Positions 47,646 through 57,299 of a stretch of DNA of 64,000 nucleotides are shown in pieces; position 1 is the first letter of the stretch, and each line of letters begins with the position of its first letter. The stretch is from Bacteroidota bacterium (lineage in GTDB: Bacteria; Bacteroidota; Bacteroidia; Chitinophagales; Chitinophagaceae): NCBI GenBank assembly GCA_040387755.1, contig JAZKDB010000001.1, positions 823,141 through 887,140 of the forward strand, written 5' to 3'. The translations under genes and the position numbers were made by a program. A model generated the notes under the pieces. It searched no databases, had not been told where the DNA came from, and saw nothing but the letters and a program-made list of their open reading frames with translations.

Positions 47646-47763
47646 AAAAGGAAAAACGATAAGTTTTTTTAATTAAAGGTGGGCGAAGATAAAAAAATTA
47701 TAGCCTTATAAAGACAAGCTATAAGAGTCTTGTAAATAGTTTAACGGATATTATTAATTTTTG

Positions 47764-48309
47764 TTAAACGGCACCATAAGACAAAACCCGTCTTGCCTCG
47801 TCATGAATGATTTTCAAGGCTATCTCAGAGGGTAAATCTTCTTCCTGGCTCATCAGATAATCAGAAATGTAGTGATTCAGTTCTTTGGCCGGGCCATCAG
47901 GATTTAATCTTTGTGCAATCTGATGAATCATGCCAATTTCCTGTTCTATAGCAGTTTTTACACTTTCCCATACTTCGCGCGATACATAGACCTGTTGGCT
48001 GAGGTTATGCTCATATTCGGTGCGGATAGTGGTGACCAATACTTGTTGTAACAAAGAAACGGTCATGGCGCTGTTGTATACTTTGGGCATCATTTGGCGT
48101 GGATGTACACGTTCCATCAGCAGTGTAAGGCGTTCGAAAGCCTGTAAACGCATACGAATCGTAATGTTCTGTGTTTCATGCAGCAAAGCAATTTGCTTGC
48201 GGCGCAATTCAGACACCAAAAATTTCTGTACAATCAAATAACTGGCAGCCAATACAATGAGTGCCGGTAAAGTATATTTCAGAATTTCGAAAATAGCTTG
48301 AATTTCCAT
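47764..48309 (-). CDS. Conserved-type hypothetical membrane-anchored protein
   Basis: Start moved to ATG 48309. N-terminal TM; RLQAFERLTLLMER, EYEHNLSQQVYVS..W. Confidence 0.75.
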   Translation of the reverse strand: MEIQAIFEILKYTLPALIVLAASYLIVQKFLVSELRRKQIALLHETQNITIRMRLQAFERLTLLMERVHPRQMMPKVYNSAMTVSLLQQVLVTTIRTEYEHNLSQQVYVSREVWESVKTAIEQEIGMIHQIAQRLNPDGPAKELNHYISDYLMSQEEDLPSEIALKIIHDEARRVLSYGAV

Positions 48310-48409
48310 CGGGCAAATGTAAGCAAAGGAATGAATTGATGGTACAACCTTCACTATTTGTTCTACAAAACTTTTATAATTAAGGAATAGGCACTTTAAT
48401 TGAAATTAA

Positions 48410-48440
48410 AAAGCGCGCGACCAAACCAGTCGCGCGCTTT
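48410..48440 (-). terminator. Intrinsic terminator
   Basis: AAAGCGCGCGAC / GTCGCGCGCTTT inverted repeat after the T9SS gene. Confidence 0.8.
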
Positions 48441-48462
48441 CTTTTGTATCAGGATTGTATCC

Positions 48463-49536
48463 TTATTTTTCAATCAAAGAATATCCAACTTCATTACCCG
48501 AGCTGAGTCTGAGCAAATATTTCCCTCCACTCAAATGTTGCAAATTGAGTTTGCTTTCGTTGCTGGTAGCAAAAACACTTTTACCCACAAGGTCAAAAAT
48601 TTCTACCTGATAGTTGTTCCATTTTGATGGGATATCAATGTTAAGGATGTTATTGGTAATTGGGTTAGGGTAGCATTTTACGCTGAAATAAGCACCCGAA
48701 GTCGCAGCAATTGTTGTTGATGTGCCTGCATGCACCGAATCGCGATAGCGGATACTGGTCACTGTTTCAGTACTACCTATAATTGTTGAAGTTACCCAGA
48801 CAGCAGGGTAGTGCTCGCCATTGACCAAAAATTTGTATTCTACAGTTCTACGGGGTAAGCCAATCTTGGTGATGGTAATATCCACTGTATCCACGCCGTT
48901 TACTTCAGAACGCACTCTGATGCAGTTGACAGGTGTTTTGAAATATGGTGTAACAATTGTCCCCCAGCCATCTACTTTGCTTTTTCTGTATCCCTTTTGC
49001 TTAATACTGGCAATGGAAGGTATAGAAAATGTCAGTGCATAGGTAGAGCTATCCTCACGTCCGTAGTTCAACGGAAAATAATACCATTCATCTTCATCAC
49101 TATAATTTACAGGTGTGGGCAAACCGCTTATCATTGCGGCGAAGCCTTCGGCCACATAACGGGAGGGGCTGGACTTTTTGCTAAAGAAGGTATACAGATT
49201 GGTGACAGAAACGGGTATTATACCACTCAATCCCGGAAAACTGTCGGACACTTTATATCCATATGCCGAAGGAGAAATAGTCAGAGCATAACTGAAATGA
49301 ACTGCCCCTGCCGATTTGAAGGTATCCACTCCCTGATTAAGTGCAGTTAAACTGCTGAAATTCCAGGATTTTGCAGTACCGCTATCGGCAATACTAAAGG
49401 TTGAGCTGGTAATATTGGCATTACTGTATCGTAAGGTATCTCCCGAAACCGGCATATCACTGGCGGTAATGGTAGTCTGGCTAAATGCAGTATGAATGCT
49501 CAATAATAGAATTGAGGAACATAGAATTTTTTTCAT
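48463..49536 (-). CDS. T9SS-secreted protein of unknown function
   Basis: Signal peptide ending AFS-Q; C-terminal CYPNPITNN..FDLVGK..LSGGKYLLRL CTD. Confidence 0.85.
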   Translation of the reverse strand: MKKILCSSILLLSIHTAFSQTTITASDMPVSGDTLRYSNANITSSTFSIADSGTAKSWNFSSLTALNQGVDTFKSAGAVHFSYALTISPSAYGYKVSDSFPGLSGIIPVSVTNLYTFFSKKSSPSRYVAEGFAAMISGLPTPVNYSDEDEWYYFPLNYGREDSSTYALTFSIPSIASIKQKGYRKSKVDGWGTIVTPYFKTPVNCIRVRSEVNGVDTVDITITKIGLPRRTVEYKFLVNGEHYPAVWVTSTIIGSTETVTSIRYRDSVHAGTSTTIAATSGAYFSVKCYPNPITNNILNIDIPSKWNNYQVEIFDLVGKSVFATSNESKLNLQHLSGGKYLLRLSSGNEVGYSLIEK

Positions 49537-49623
49537 TGTAATTTAAGATTGAATCCTAAAAATACTATTTATTTTAAAGTATCATAATGTATCCACATTT
49601 CTTTTTAAAAATGAACGAAACAC

Positions 49624-49659
49624 AAAAAAGCCGCGAAGCTCAATTGAGCTTCGCGGCTT
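49624..49659 (-). terminator. Intrinsic terminator
   Basis: Perfect 32-bp palindrome AAGCCGCGAAGCTCAATTGAGCTTCGCGGCTT, with a T run on the minus strand. Confidence 0.85.
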
Positions 49660-49682
49660 GATATTTTATAAAAACTTCCTTG

Positions 49683-50621
49683 TTAGAATACTTTTTTGAA
49701 ATAATCCCAGGTTGATTTTAGTCCTTCCTCACGACCGATTTTGGGCTCCCATCCCAAAATGTCCTGCGCTTTTGTAATATTGGGTTTGCGTTGTTTTGGG
49801 TCATCCTGAGGTAATGGTTCATATACTATTTTTACCTGAGCACCAGTGAGTTTCAGTACTTCTTCGGCAAAGTCTTTTAGGCTGATTTCTTCAGGATTAC
49901 CAATGTTTACAGGTAGATGATAATCTGAGTGAAGTAAACGGTAAATTCCATCTACCAAATCGCTTACATAGCAAAATGAGCGCGTCTGTGAGCCATCACC
50001 ATATACGGTAATATCTTTTCCCTGAAGCGCCTGATTCATAAATGTAGGTAGTGCACGGCCATCGTCCAGACGCATACGAGGACCATAAGTATTGAAAATA
50101 CGAATGATACGGGTTTCTACACCATGGAAATTGTGGTAGGCCATTGTGATACTTTCCATGAAGCGTTTTGCTTCGTCATATACGCCACGTGGTCCAATAG
50201 GGTTTACATTACCCCAATATTCTTCTACCTGTGGGTGAACCAATGGGTCGCCATATACTTCGGAAGTTGAGGCAACAAGAATCCTTGCGTTTTTGGCTTT
50301 GGCCAAGCCTAACAAATTATGAGTTCCCAGTGCACCAACCTTTAAGGTTTGGATAGGCATTTTCAAATAATCAATAGGGCTTGCAGGCGAAGCAAAATGT
50401 AGGATATAGTCAATTTTGCCGGGCACGTGTACAAATTTTGTTACATCGTGATGGTAGAAAGTGAAATCCGGGTTGGGGAATAAATGTTCAATGTTGCGGA
50501 TATTACCCGTTAGTAAATTATCCATTCCTACAACCTCGTAACCTTCTGCAATGAAACGGTCACAAAGATGTGAACCTAAAAAACCTGCAGCACCGGTAAC
50601 TAATACTCTTTTTTTTGACAT
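49683..50621 (-). CDS. UDP-glucuronate decarboxylase (UDP-xylose synthase), extended SDR
   Basis: [51 protein letters not shown]. Confidence 0.92.
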   Translation of the reverse strand: MSKKRVLVTGAAGFLGSHLCDRFIAEGYEVVGMDNLLTGNIRNIEHLFPNPDFTFYHHDVTKFVHVPGKIDYILHFASPASPIDYLKMPIQTLKVGALGTHNLLGLAKAKNARILVASTSEVYGDPLVHPQVEEYWGNVNPIGPRGVYDEAKRFMESITMAYHNFHGVETRIIRIFNTYGPRMRLDDGRALPTFMNQALQGKDITVYGDGSQTRSFCYVSDLVDGIYRLLHSDYHLPVNIGNPEEISLKDFAEEVLKLTGAQVKIVYEPLPQDDPKQRKPNITKAQDILGWEPKIGREEGLKSTWDYFKKVF

Positions 50622-50678
50622 GTGCTATTAATTGTGTTATGTTAATTAGTTAAAGGGTTAATGGAGCAATTTGACTCA

Positions 50679-51992
50679 TTAACCAATAGTATTTCGTCCC
50701 ATGCTTTGATAGTAAAATCCGAGCTCTTTCATTTTTTCAAGTGTATAGACATTTCTGCCGTCAAAAATGACAGGTTGCTGGAGGCTTGATTTTATTTTAT
50801 TGAAATCAGGGTTGCGGAATTCACTCCACTCTGTTACTATTATCAATGCATCAGCGTCTATAATAGCATCATATTGGTTTTCTACAAATTGTACCTTATC
50901 ACCAAAGATAGCTTTTACATTCGGCATTGCTTCAGGGTCAAACGCTTTTACAGTAGCACCTTCGGCCAGCAATGTTTCAATCAGGTATAGTGCCGGGGCT
51001 TCACGAATATCATCTGTTTCAGGTTTAAAAGCTAAACCCCAAATGGCAAACGTTTTTCCTTTAAGGTCATTGTTGTAGTATTTTTTAATTTTCTGACCCA
51101 AAATCAATTTTTGGCGATCATTAACCTCCATTACAGACTTTACAATTTGAAAATCATATTCATGTTCGTCTGCAGTGCGGGCCAAAGCCTGAACATCTTT
51201 TGGAAAACAACTTCCACCATATCCTACTCCCGGAAATAAAAAACGCTTTCCGATACGGCCATCACTTCCCATACCCATACGCACCCAATCAACGTTGGCT
51301 CCGGCGCGTTCACATAGATTAGCCATTTCATTCATAAATGAAATTCTCATGGCCAGATAAGAATTAGCAGCATATTTGGTCATTTCAGAACTACGTTCGT
51401 CCATGTAATAAATCGGGTTGCCCTGACGAACAAATGGTTGGTATAATTCATCCATAAGTTTTTTGGCCTTTTCGCTGGATGTACCTATTACTACTCTGTC
51501 TGGTTTCAGGAAGTCTTCTACCGCTACACCTTCACGCAAAAATTCAGGATTGCTGACCACGTCAAACAGCGATTTATTCAGATTTTCAGCCATAACGGCT
51601 GCAGTTCTTTCTGCTGTACCTACAGGTACTGTGCTTTTATTAACGATTACTTTGTAAGATGTAATTATTTTACTCAGGTCTTTTGCTACGCCTAATACAT
51701 ATTGCAAATCGGCCGCTCCATCTTTGCCCGGAGGGGTAGGTAATGCAAGAAAAATGATTTGAGCATCTTTAATTCCTTCGGATAGAGAAGTTGTAAAAGA
51801 AATACGTTTCTCTTTGATGTTGCGTTCAAGAAGCACATCTAATCCGGGTTCGTAAATAGGGGTTTCCCCGCGACGAAGCTGATTGATTTTGTCTTCGTTG
51901 ATATCAATGCACACTACGTTGTTGCCAGTTTCTGCAAAACATGTTCCGCTAACTAAACCAACATAACCAGTACCAATAATTGCTATATTCAT
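50679..51992 (-). CDS. ugd: UDP-glucose 6-dehydrogenase
   Basis: Start moved to ATG 51992. GTGYVG, KSTVPVGT, SNPEFLREG, GYGGSCFPKD, FKPETDDIRE. -7 box TACTTTTG at 52027-52020. Confidence 0.95.
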   Translation of the reverse strand: MNIAIIGTGYVGLVSGTCFAETGNNVVCIDINEDKINQLRRGETPIYEPGLDVLLERNIKEKRISFTTSLSEGIKDAQIIFLALPTPPGKDGAADLQYVLGVAKDLSKIITSYKVIVNKSTVPVGTAERTAAVMAENLNKSLFDVVSNPEFLREGVAVEDFLKPDRVVIGTSSEKAKKLMDELYQPFVRQGNPIYYMDERSSEMTKYAANSYLAMRISFMNEMANLCERAGANVDWVRMGMGSDGRIGKRFLFPGVGYGGSCFPKDVQALARTADEHEYDFQIVKSVMEVNDRQKLILGQKIKKYYNNDLKGKTFAIWGLAFKPETDDIREAPALYLIETLLAEGATVKAFDPEAMPNVKAIFGDKVQFVENQYDAIIDADALIIVTEWSEFRNPDFNKIKSSLQQPVIFDGRNVYTLEKMKELGFYYQSMGRNTIG

Positions 51993-52277
51993 AAAAGTAT
52001 AATGCCTAAAAATGTTGCGCAAAAGTAGCGAAATGAGTGCGTTATATTGACAAGATTGGTAAAAAAAATATTATAGTCCAATAAATTGCTTTGAATGAGT
52101 GCGGTAACACACATTTTGAGAAGTTTATTAGCTTCAAATAGAAATATTTGGGTTCGTAATTTACCAAGGAATAATTCTTTGACTGTTAGTCGAAAATTAT
52201 CGAATTGTCAAAATGCCGAATTACATTTGCACACCTTTTTACAATATCAAGACTTAAATTTTAAATATAGATTTTCA

Positions 52278-53285
52278 ATGAACATTATTATACCAATGGC
52301 AGGAATGGGTAAGCGGATGCGCCCACATACTCTTACAACCGCAAAACCTCTGATTCCTGTGGCCGGAAAGCCAATTGTACAGCGTTTAGTAGAGGATATT
52401 GTTGCTACATGTAACGAACCTGTGGGCGAGATTGCCTTTATTATTGGTCCTAATTTTGGAGCAGAAGTGGAAGCTCAGTTATTGAAAACTGCCGAAACCC
52501 TGGGTTCAAAAGGAAAGATTTGTTATCAGGAAACTCCTTTAGGCACTGCACATGCTATACTTTGTGCTGCTGACACACTTCAGGGAAATGTATTTATTGC
52601 ATTTGCAGATACACTTTTTGATGCCACTTTCAGTATTGATACGAGTAAAGATGCTATTATCTGGACACAAAAAGTAGAGGATCCTTCTGCTTTTGGTGTG
52701 GTTAAGTTGAAAAGTAATAATGAAATTGAAGCTTTTGTGGAAAAACCCACTGAATTTGTTTCAGATTTGGCAATTATTGGTGTCTATTATTTCAGAGATG
52801 GTGCGGCATTGAAGGCAGAACTACAAAGACTAATAGACAACAATATTATGATGAAAGGTGAATACCAAATCACCGATGCGATGGAACATATGCTTCAAAA
52901 CGGAGTGAAGTTTTATACAGATCAGGTATCTGAATGGCTGGATTGCGGTAATAAAGATGCAACTCTTTACACCAATGAGCGGATTCTGGAATTAAAAAAG
53001 ACAAAAGAAAATTTAATAGATTCTTCTGTAAGCCTTATTAATAGTACTATTATTGAGCCATGTTATATTGGTAAAAACGTAGTAATTACCAATTCTGTTA
53101 TTGGCCCTTATGCTTCTTTAGAATCAGGAGTTTGTGTTGAAAATTCTGTTATTTCAAACAGTATAATTCAATGCGATAGCATTGTTAAAAATGCCTGCCT
53201 GGACAAAAGCATGTTGGGTAAAAATGTATCTTACGTCAGGAAATCCGACGAATTAAGCTTAGGTGATTTCTCTACCACACTATGA
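52278..53285 (+). CDS. Sugar-phosphate nucleotidyltransferase
   Basis: Start moved to ATG 52278 (MNIIIPMAGMGKRMRP). KPLIPVAGKP, EKP, WLDCG, short beta-helix tail. -7 box TACATTTG at 52222-52229. Confidence 0.9.
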   Translation: MNIIIPMAGMGKRMRPHTLTTAKPLIPVAGKPIVQRLVEDIVATCNEPVGEIAFIIGPNFGAEVEAQLLKTAETLGSKGKICYQETPLGTAHAILCAADTLQGNVFIAFADTLFDATFSIDTSKDAIIWTQKVEDPSAFGVVKLKSNNEIEAFVEKPTEFVSDLAIIGVYYFRDGAALKAELQRLIDNNIMMKGEYQITDAMEHMLQNGVKFYTDQVSEWLDCGNKDATLYTNERILELKKTKENLIDSSVSLINSTIIEPCYIGKNVVITNSVIGPYASLESGVCVENSVISNSIIQCDSIVKNACLDKSMLGKNVSYVRKSDELSLGDFSTTL

Positions 53286-55015
53286 TTAACCTGCGATTAG
53301 TATTCATTTTTGGATTTGGGCTGTTGTTGTCCTGTAAAAACAGTCTTGGTCAATTGGCCGAAATTAAACCATTTGACACCAGTAGTAACGAAAAAGCAAA
53401 GTCTAGTCGACTTTATGCAGATGCGGTTAAGGAAAATATTTTAGGTAATAGTAAAGAGGCTGAGGCACTGTTTACCCGCTTTATTGAAGCCGAGCCCAAT
53501 GTTGCAGCGGCCTATTATGAACTGGCCCGCATCAATGCCAAGGAAAACAATGTTTTGAAGGCAAACCAAAATATTAAAAAGGCCATGAGTCTGGATTCTA
53601 CTAATAAATGGTATCTGGAATTTTATGGCAACCTGCTGGCATCAACCAATAAATTTGCTGAAGCTGCTGCTATCTTTACTAAACTGGCCGATAAGTATAG
53701 CCCCAATGAAGATTATTTGTTCAAGTCTTCTTTGCTTTATCAGCGCAATAAGGATTATGGATTGGCTATACTTGAACTGGAAAAACTTGTAAAACAAAGA
53801 GGTCCCGATGAAGAAGTTTTGATGCAGATAAACCAACTTTATCTGAAGGAAAATAAAATTGACGAAGCAGCCAAAACATTGGGAAGAATTATTGAAGCAA
53901 ATCCTAATGAGGCAAGGTTTCGGGCCTTACTTGCAGAGATGTATCTGAATAATAAGAACATTACCAAGGCAAAGGAAGTTTATGATAATGCCGAGAGGAT
54001 ATTCCCTGACGATATTTCGATTCAGTTGGGACTAGCAAGTTACTATAAGCAAAAAGGTGATACTTTAAAGTATACAGAATATGTAAATAAATCTATCACC
54101 AACAAAGCTATTGATGAACAAACCCAGATTACTCTTCTGATATCTTATCTGCAGGATATGGGTAAGGATTCAAATGCTCGAATAAACGCGCTCAAACTGA
54201 CAGAAAAACTATTGATGATCAATCCGCAAAATTCATCTTTGAATGGCATTTATGGTGACTTACTTTCAATGAGCGGACATAATATGGAGGCAATAAGTGC
54301 ATATAAAAAAGCATTAAAAATTGATGCCAATAATATCAATGTCTGGCAGCAACTATTATTTAATCTCACAGACAAATCCAATGCCGATTCTTTAATTTTT
54401 TACAGTGAAGAAGCTCTTAGCCTTTTCCCATCTTCGGCAATGATTCATTACCTGAATGGAATCGGGAATGTTAATAAAGGAAATTATAAAAAAGGAATTA
54501 AAGCAATTGAAACTGCAATTAGTTTTCAACCTTCGGATAAGAAAGAATTGCTAGCCGAAATGTATGCCTCTCTGGGTGATGCTTATAATTCAAATAAAGA
54601 ATTTGAACAGGCAGACAAGAGTTTTAATGAAGCATTGAAGTTGACTCCTGATAATGCTACGGTACTAAACAATTACGCATATTATTTGTCTGTTAGAAAA
54701 GTAAGGTTGGAAGAGGCCGAAAAATACTCAGAAAAGTCTTTGCAGTTGAGGCCAGGAGAAGCCACTTTTTTAGACACTTATGGGTGGATTTTTTACCAGC
54801 AAGGGAAGTATGAAAGGGCAAAGGAGCTAATTGCAGAGGCTATTCAAAAGAACGGAGTTGATGCCGATGCTACTCTATATGAGCACTTGGGCGATATTTT
54901 TTTTAAACTTAATAAGCTCCCTGATGCACTATTAAATTGGGGTAAGGCGTTAGAGAAAGATCCAAATAATGAAGAACTACAAAGAAAGATCAAGGACAAG
55001 CGAATTAATGAATAG
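53282..55015 (+). CDS. Tetratricopeptide-repeat (lipo)protein
   Basis: Possible lipobox LLSC; many TPR units; LNNYAYYL, LDTYGWI, YEHLGD. Confidence 0.9.
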   Translation: MINLRLVFIFGFGLLLSCKNSLGQLAEIKPFDTSSNEKAKSSRLYADAVKENILGNSKEAEALFTRFIEAEPNVAAAYYELARINAKENNVLKANQNIKKAMSLDSTNKWYLEFYGNLLASTNKFAEAAAIFTKLADKYSPNEDYLFKSSLLYQRNKDYGLAILELEKLVKQRGPDEEVLMQINQLYLKENKIDEAAKTLGRIIEANPNEARFRALLAEMYLNNKNITKAKEVYDNAERIFPDDISIQLGLASYYKQKGDTLKYTEYVNKSITNKAIDEQTQITLLISYLQDMGKDSNARINALKLTEKLLMINPQNSSLNGIYGDLLSMSGHNMEAISAYKKALKIDANNINVWQQLLFNLTDKSNADSLIFYSEEALSLFPSSAMIHYLNGIGNVNKGNYKKGIKAIETAISFQPSDKKELLAEMYASLGDAYNSNKEFEQADKSFNEALKLTPDNATVLNNYAYYLSVRKVRLEEAEKYSEKSLQLRPGEATFLDTYGWIFYQQGKYERAKELIAEAIQKNGVDADATLYEHLGDIFFKLNKLPDALLNWGKALEKDPNNEELQRKIKDKRINE

Positions 55016-55913
55016 CAGGTGGATAATAGCGTCTTTGGCAATGGTTTTGATGTCTTTTACTTTACCTTCCTGTAAGCTGTTTAAGCACAAAACAAGCAAA
55101 AAGGACAAAGCAATTGCACTGAGAGCCAAGCAAGTGGCAGATTCTATGAGCTTGGCTATCAAGTCAGAAGTTTCAAAGTCAGATTCTTTGAGTGTTGGAA
55201 AAGTATCTGATTCAGGATCTTTGGATTCTGCAGGTCTCATTGCCAATGATATACTACTTCGGACAGAGGGTATATGGCAAAAACGAATTCAGTTTAGTAC
55301 TTTCAGTGCAAAGGCAAAAATGCACTATGAAGGAGGAGAAAAGTCTTTGGATTTTGTAGCCAACATCAGAATAAAAAAAGATAGTATTATTTGGGTTTCA
55401 GTAACTGTAGCTGGCATTGTACAGGTAGCAAGAGCGATTATTACTCCCGACAGCTTTAAGGCTGTGCTATATACCGAAAAAGAAGTTTACCAGGGACCAA
55501 TATCTAAAGCAAATCAAATATTGCCTGAAGGCTTGGACTTTTATTCGTTGCAGAATGTATTAATGGGTAATCCTGTGCTCAACAATGCCACAGCATCAAG
55601 TGCTGCTGAAGAGGGTCAGGATTGGATAATACGGATGTTACAGAATAATTATATTGAACAATTGCAATTTGATAAAGGAGATAGTACATTACGTAAAAGT
55701 CAATTAATAACCCAAGGAAATGTCAATAAGTCGCTAATGCATACTATGAGCAACTTTAGTGTATTGAACAATATGAAAATAGCAGTAGATAGAAAATTGA
55801 ATATACTCAACGACAGTAACGCCGTAATGGTCGAAATGAATTATTCTAACATGGCCTTGGACAATGAATTGAGCTATCCATTTTCAATTCCTAAAAACTA
55901 CACACTGAAATAA
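55008..55913 (+). CDS. DUF4292-like lipoprotein
   Basis: Start moved to ATG 55008. Lipobox LPSC, FSTFSAK, RIKKDSIIW, ARAIITPDS, YPFSIPKNY. Confidence 0.85.
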   Translation: MNSRWIIASLAMVLMSFTLPSCKLFKHKTSKKDKAIALRAKQVADSMSLAIKSEVSKSDSLSVGKVSDSGSLDSAGLIANDILLRTEGIWQKRIQFSTFSAKAKMHYEGGEKSLDFVANIRIKKDSIIWVSVTVAGIVQVARAIITPDSFKAVLYTEKEVYQGPISKANQILPEGLDFYSLQNVLMGNPVLNNATASSAAEEGQDWIIRMLQNNYIEQLQFDKGDSTLRKSQLITQGNVNKSLMHTMSNFSVLNNMKIAVDRKLNILNDSNAVMVEMNYSNMALDNELSYPFSIPKNYTLK

Positions 55914-55978
55914 AATCATTTTTTGATTCAATTCATTTATTTTCGCCCCAAATTTCCAAACAAAGTAATCATCAAGAT

Positions 55979-57046
55979 ATGCAATCACTCTTCGAAAAAG
56001 TAAAACAGATGGGACACGAGCAAGTTGTGTTTTGTCATGACCCAAATTCAGGACTTAACGCAATTATTGCTATTCATAATACTACTCTTGGTCCTGCCTT
56101 AGGAGGAACTCGTGTGTGGAATTATAATAGTGATGAAGATGCGATAATTGATGCACTTCGCCTTAGCCGTGGTATGACATATAAAAATGCAATCAGCGGA
56201 TTGAATATCGGTGGTGGTAAAGCAGTGATTATTGCTGACCCTTCTATGAAATCTGAATTGCTTTGGCGCAGATATGGAAAATTTGTAAATAGCCTTAACG
56301 GAAAATACATTACTGCAGAAGACGTTAATACCAATACTTCCGATATGGAATTCGTTTCTTTGGAAACTAAATTTGTAACCGGGGTTCCGGAATATGCCGG
56401 AGGAAGTGGTGATCCATCGCCATTTACTGCTACAGGTGTTTACATGGGCATGAAAGCTTCTGCAAAAAAATCATATGGTAGTGACAGCCTTGCCGGTAAA
56501 AAGGTTTTGGTACAGGGTGCTGGTCACGTTGGACAATACCTTATTGGTCATTTGGTTGCAGAAGGGGCAAAGGTTATGGTTTCTGATATTGATCCTGCTA
56601 AAATTAAATCTGCAGTAGAAAAATATAGGAATATTGAAGTAGTAGATAATGCTGGTATTTTTGATTTGGATATGGATATTTATGCTCCATGTGCATTAGG
56701 AGCTACAGTTAATGACGATAGCATCAATCGCCTCAAATGTTCAATTATTGCGGGAGCTGCTAATAATCAGCTGGCAGACGAAAATGTGCACGGACCAATG
56801 CTGGTCAAAAAAGGTATTTTGTATGGTCCTGACTTTTTGATTAATGCCGGAGGAGTGATTAATGTTGCTGCTGAGCTGGAAGGTTACAATCTTGGAAAAG
56901 TAAATAGTGCTGTTGAAAAAATTTACGCTCGCACTTTAGAAATATATGATTTGGCTGAAAAAGAAAATACCCACACCCAAGCAGCTGCCATGATAATGGC
57001 TCAAAAGCGCTTGGACGATATTGCTCATCTTAAGACGAGAATGTAA
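55979..57046 (+). CDS. Glu/Leu/Phe/Val dehydrogenase (leucine/phenylalanine dehydrogenase-like)
   Basis: GPALGGTR, GMTYKNA, GGGKAVI, YITAEDV, GDPSPFTA, PCALG, AGAANNQL. Confidence 0.93.
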   Translation: MQSLFEKVKQMGHEQVVFCHDPNSGLNAIIAIHNTTLGPALGGTRVWNYNSDEDAIIDALRLSRGMTYKNAISGLNIGGGKAVIIADPSMKSELLWRRYGKFVNSLNGKYITAEDVNTNTSDMEFVSLETKFVTGVPEYAGGSGDPSPFTATGVYMGMKASAKKSYGSDSLAGKKVLVQGAGHVGQYLIGHLVAEGAKVMVSDIDPAKIKSAVEKYRNIEVVDNAGIFDLDMDIYAPCALGATVNDDSINRLKCSIIAGAANNQLADENVHGPMLVKKGILYGPDFLINAGGVINVAAELEGYNLGKVNSAVEKIYARTLEIYDLAEKENTHTQAAAMIMAQKRLDDIAHLKTRM

Positions 57047-57064
57047 TTTTAAATTTATTTACTC

Positions 57065-57096
57065 AAAGACTGCTCTAGAAATGAGCAGTCTTTTTT
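57065..57096 (+). terminator. Intrinsic terminator after the dehydrogenase
   Basis: AAAGACTGCTC / GAGCAGTCTTT followed by a T run. Confidence 0.85.
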
Positions 57097-57299
57097 ATTC
57101 TTTTTCAGTTGAATCAACAAATAATTAGAAATTAGTTTTTAATTATTTGTTTTTTAATCATTGGATAACTCAATGAAAAGTTGTAGATTGTTTTTTGAAT
57201 CTACATTATTAAATAAATGTGACTTTGAGTTTTGAACAGAAGATTTTCAAGACCGCTGGTTAAAAAAATGAAATTCGACAATTTTATTTCTGTATAAAC

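Noticed and set aside
55979-57046. Amino-acid dehydrogenase as part of the signalling module
   Set aside because: Separated from it by a strong terminator and a 250-bp gap; common housekeeping gene
57176-57205. GTTGTAGAT...ATCTAC resembles the end of a Cas12a-type CRISPR repeat
   Set aside because: Single occurrence, no regularly spaced repeats and no cas genes; kept only as a possible operator dyad
57047-57299. Searched for a RiPP precursor peptide for the ThiF-nitroreductase
   Set aside because: No convincing short + strand ORF with a Cys/Ser/Thr-rich core; the 57201-57404 minus ORF overlaps the 57300 gene and looks spurious
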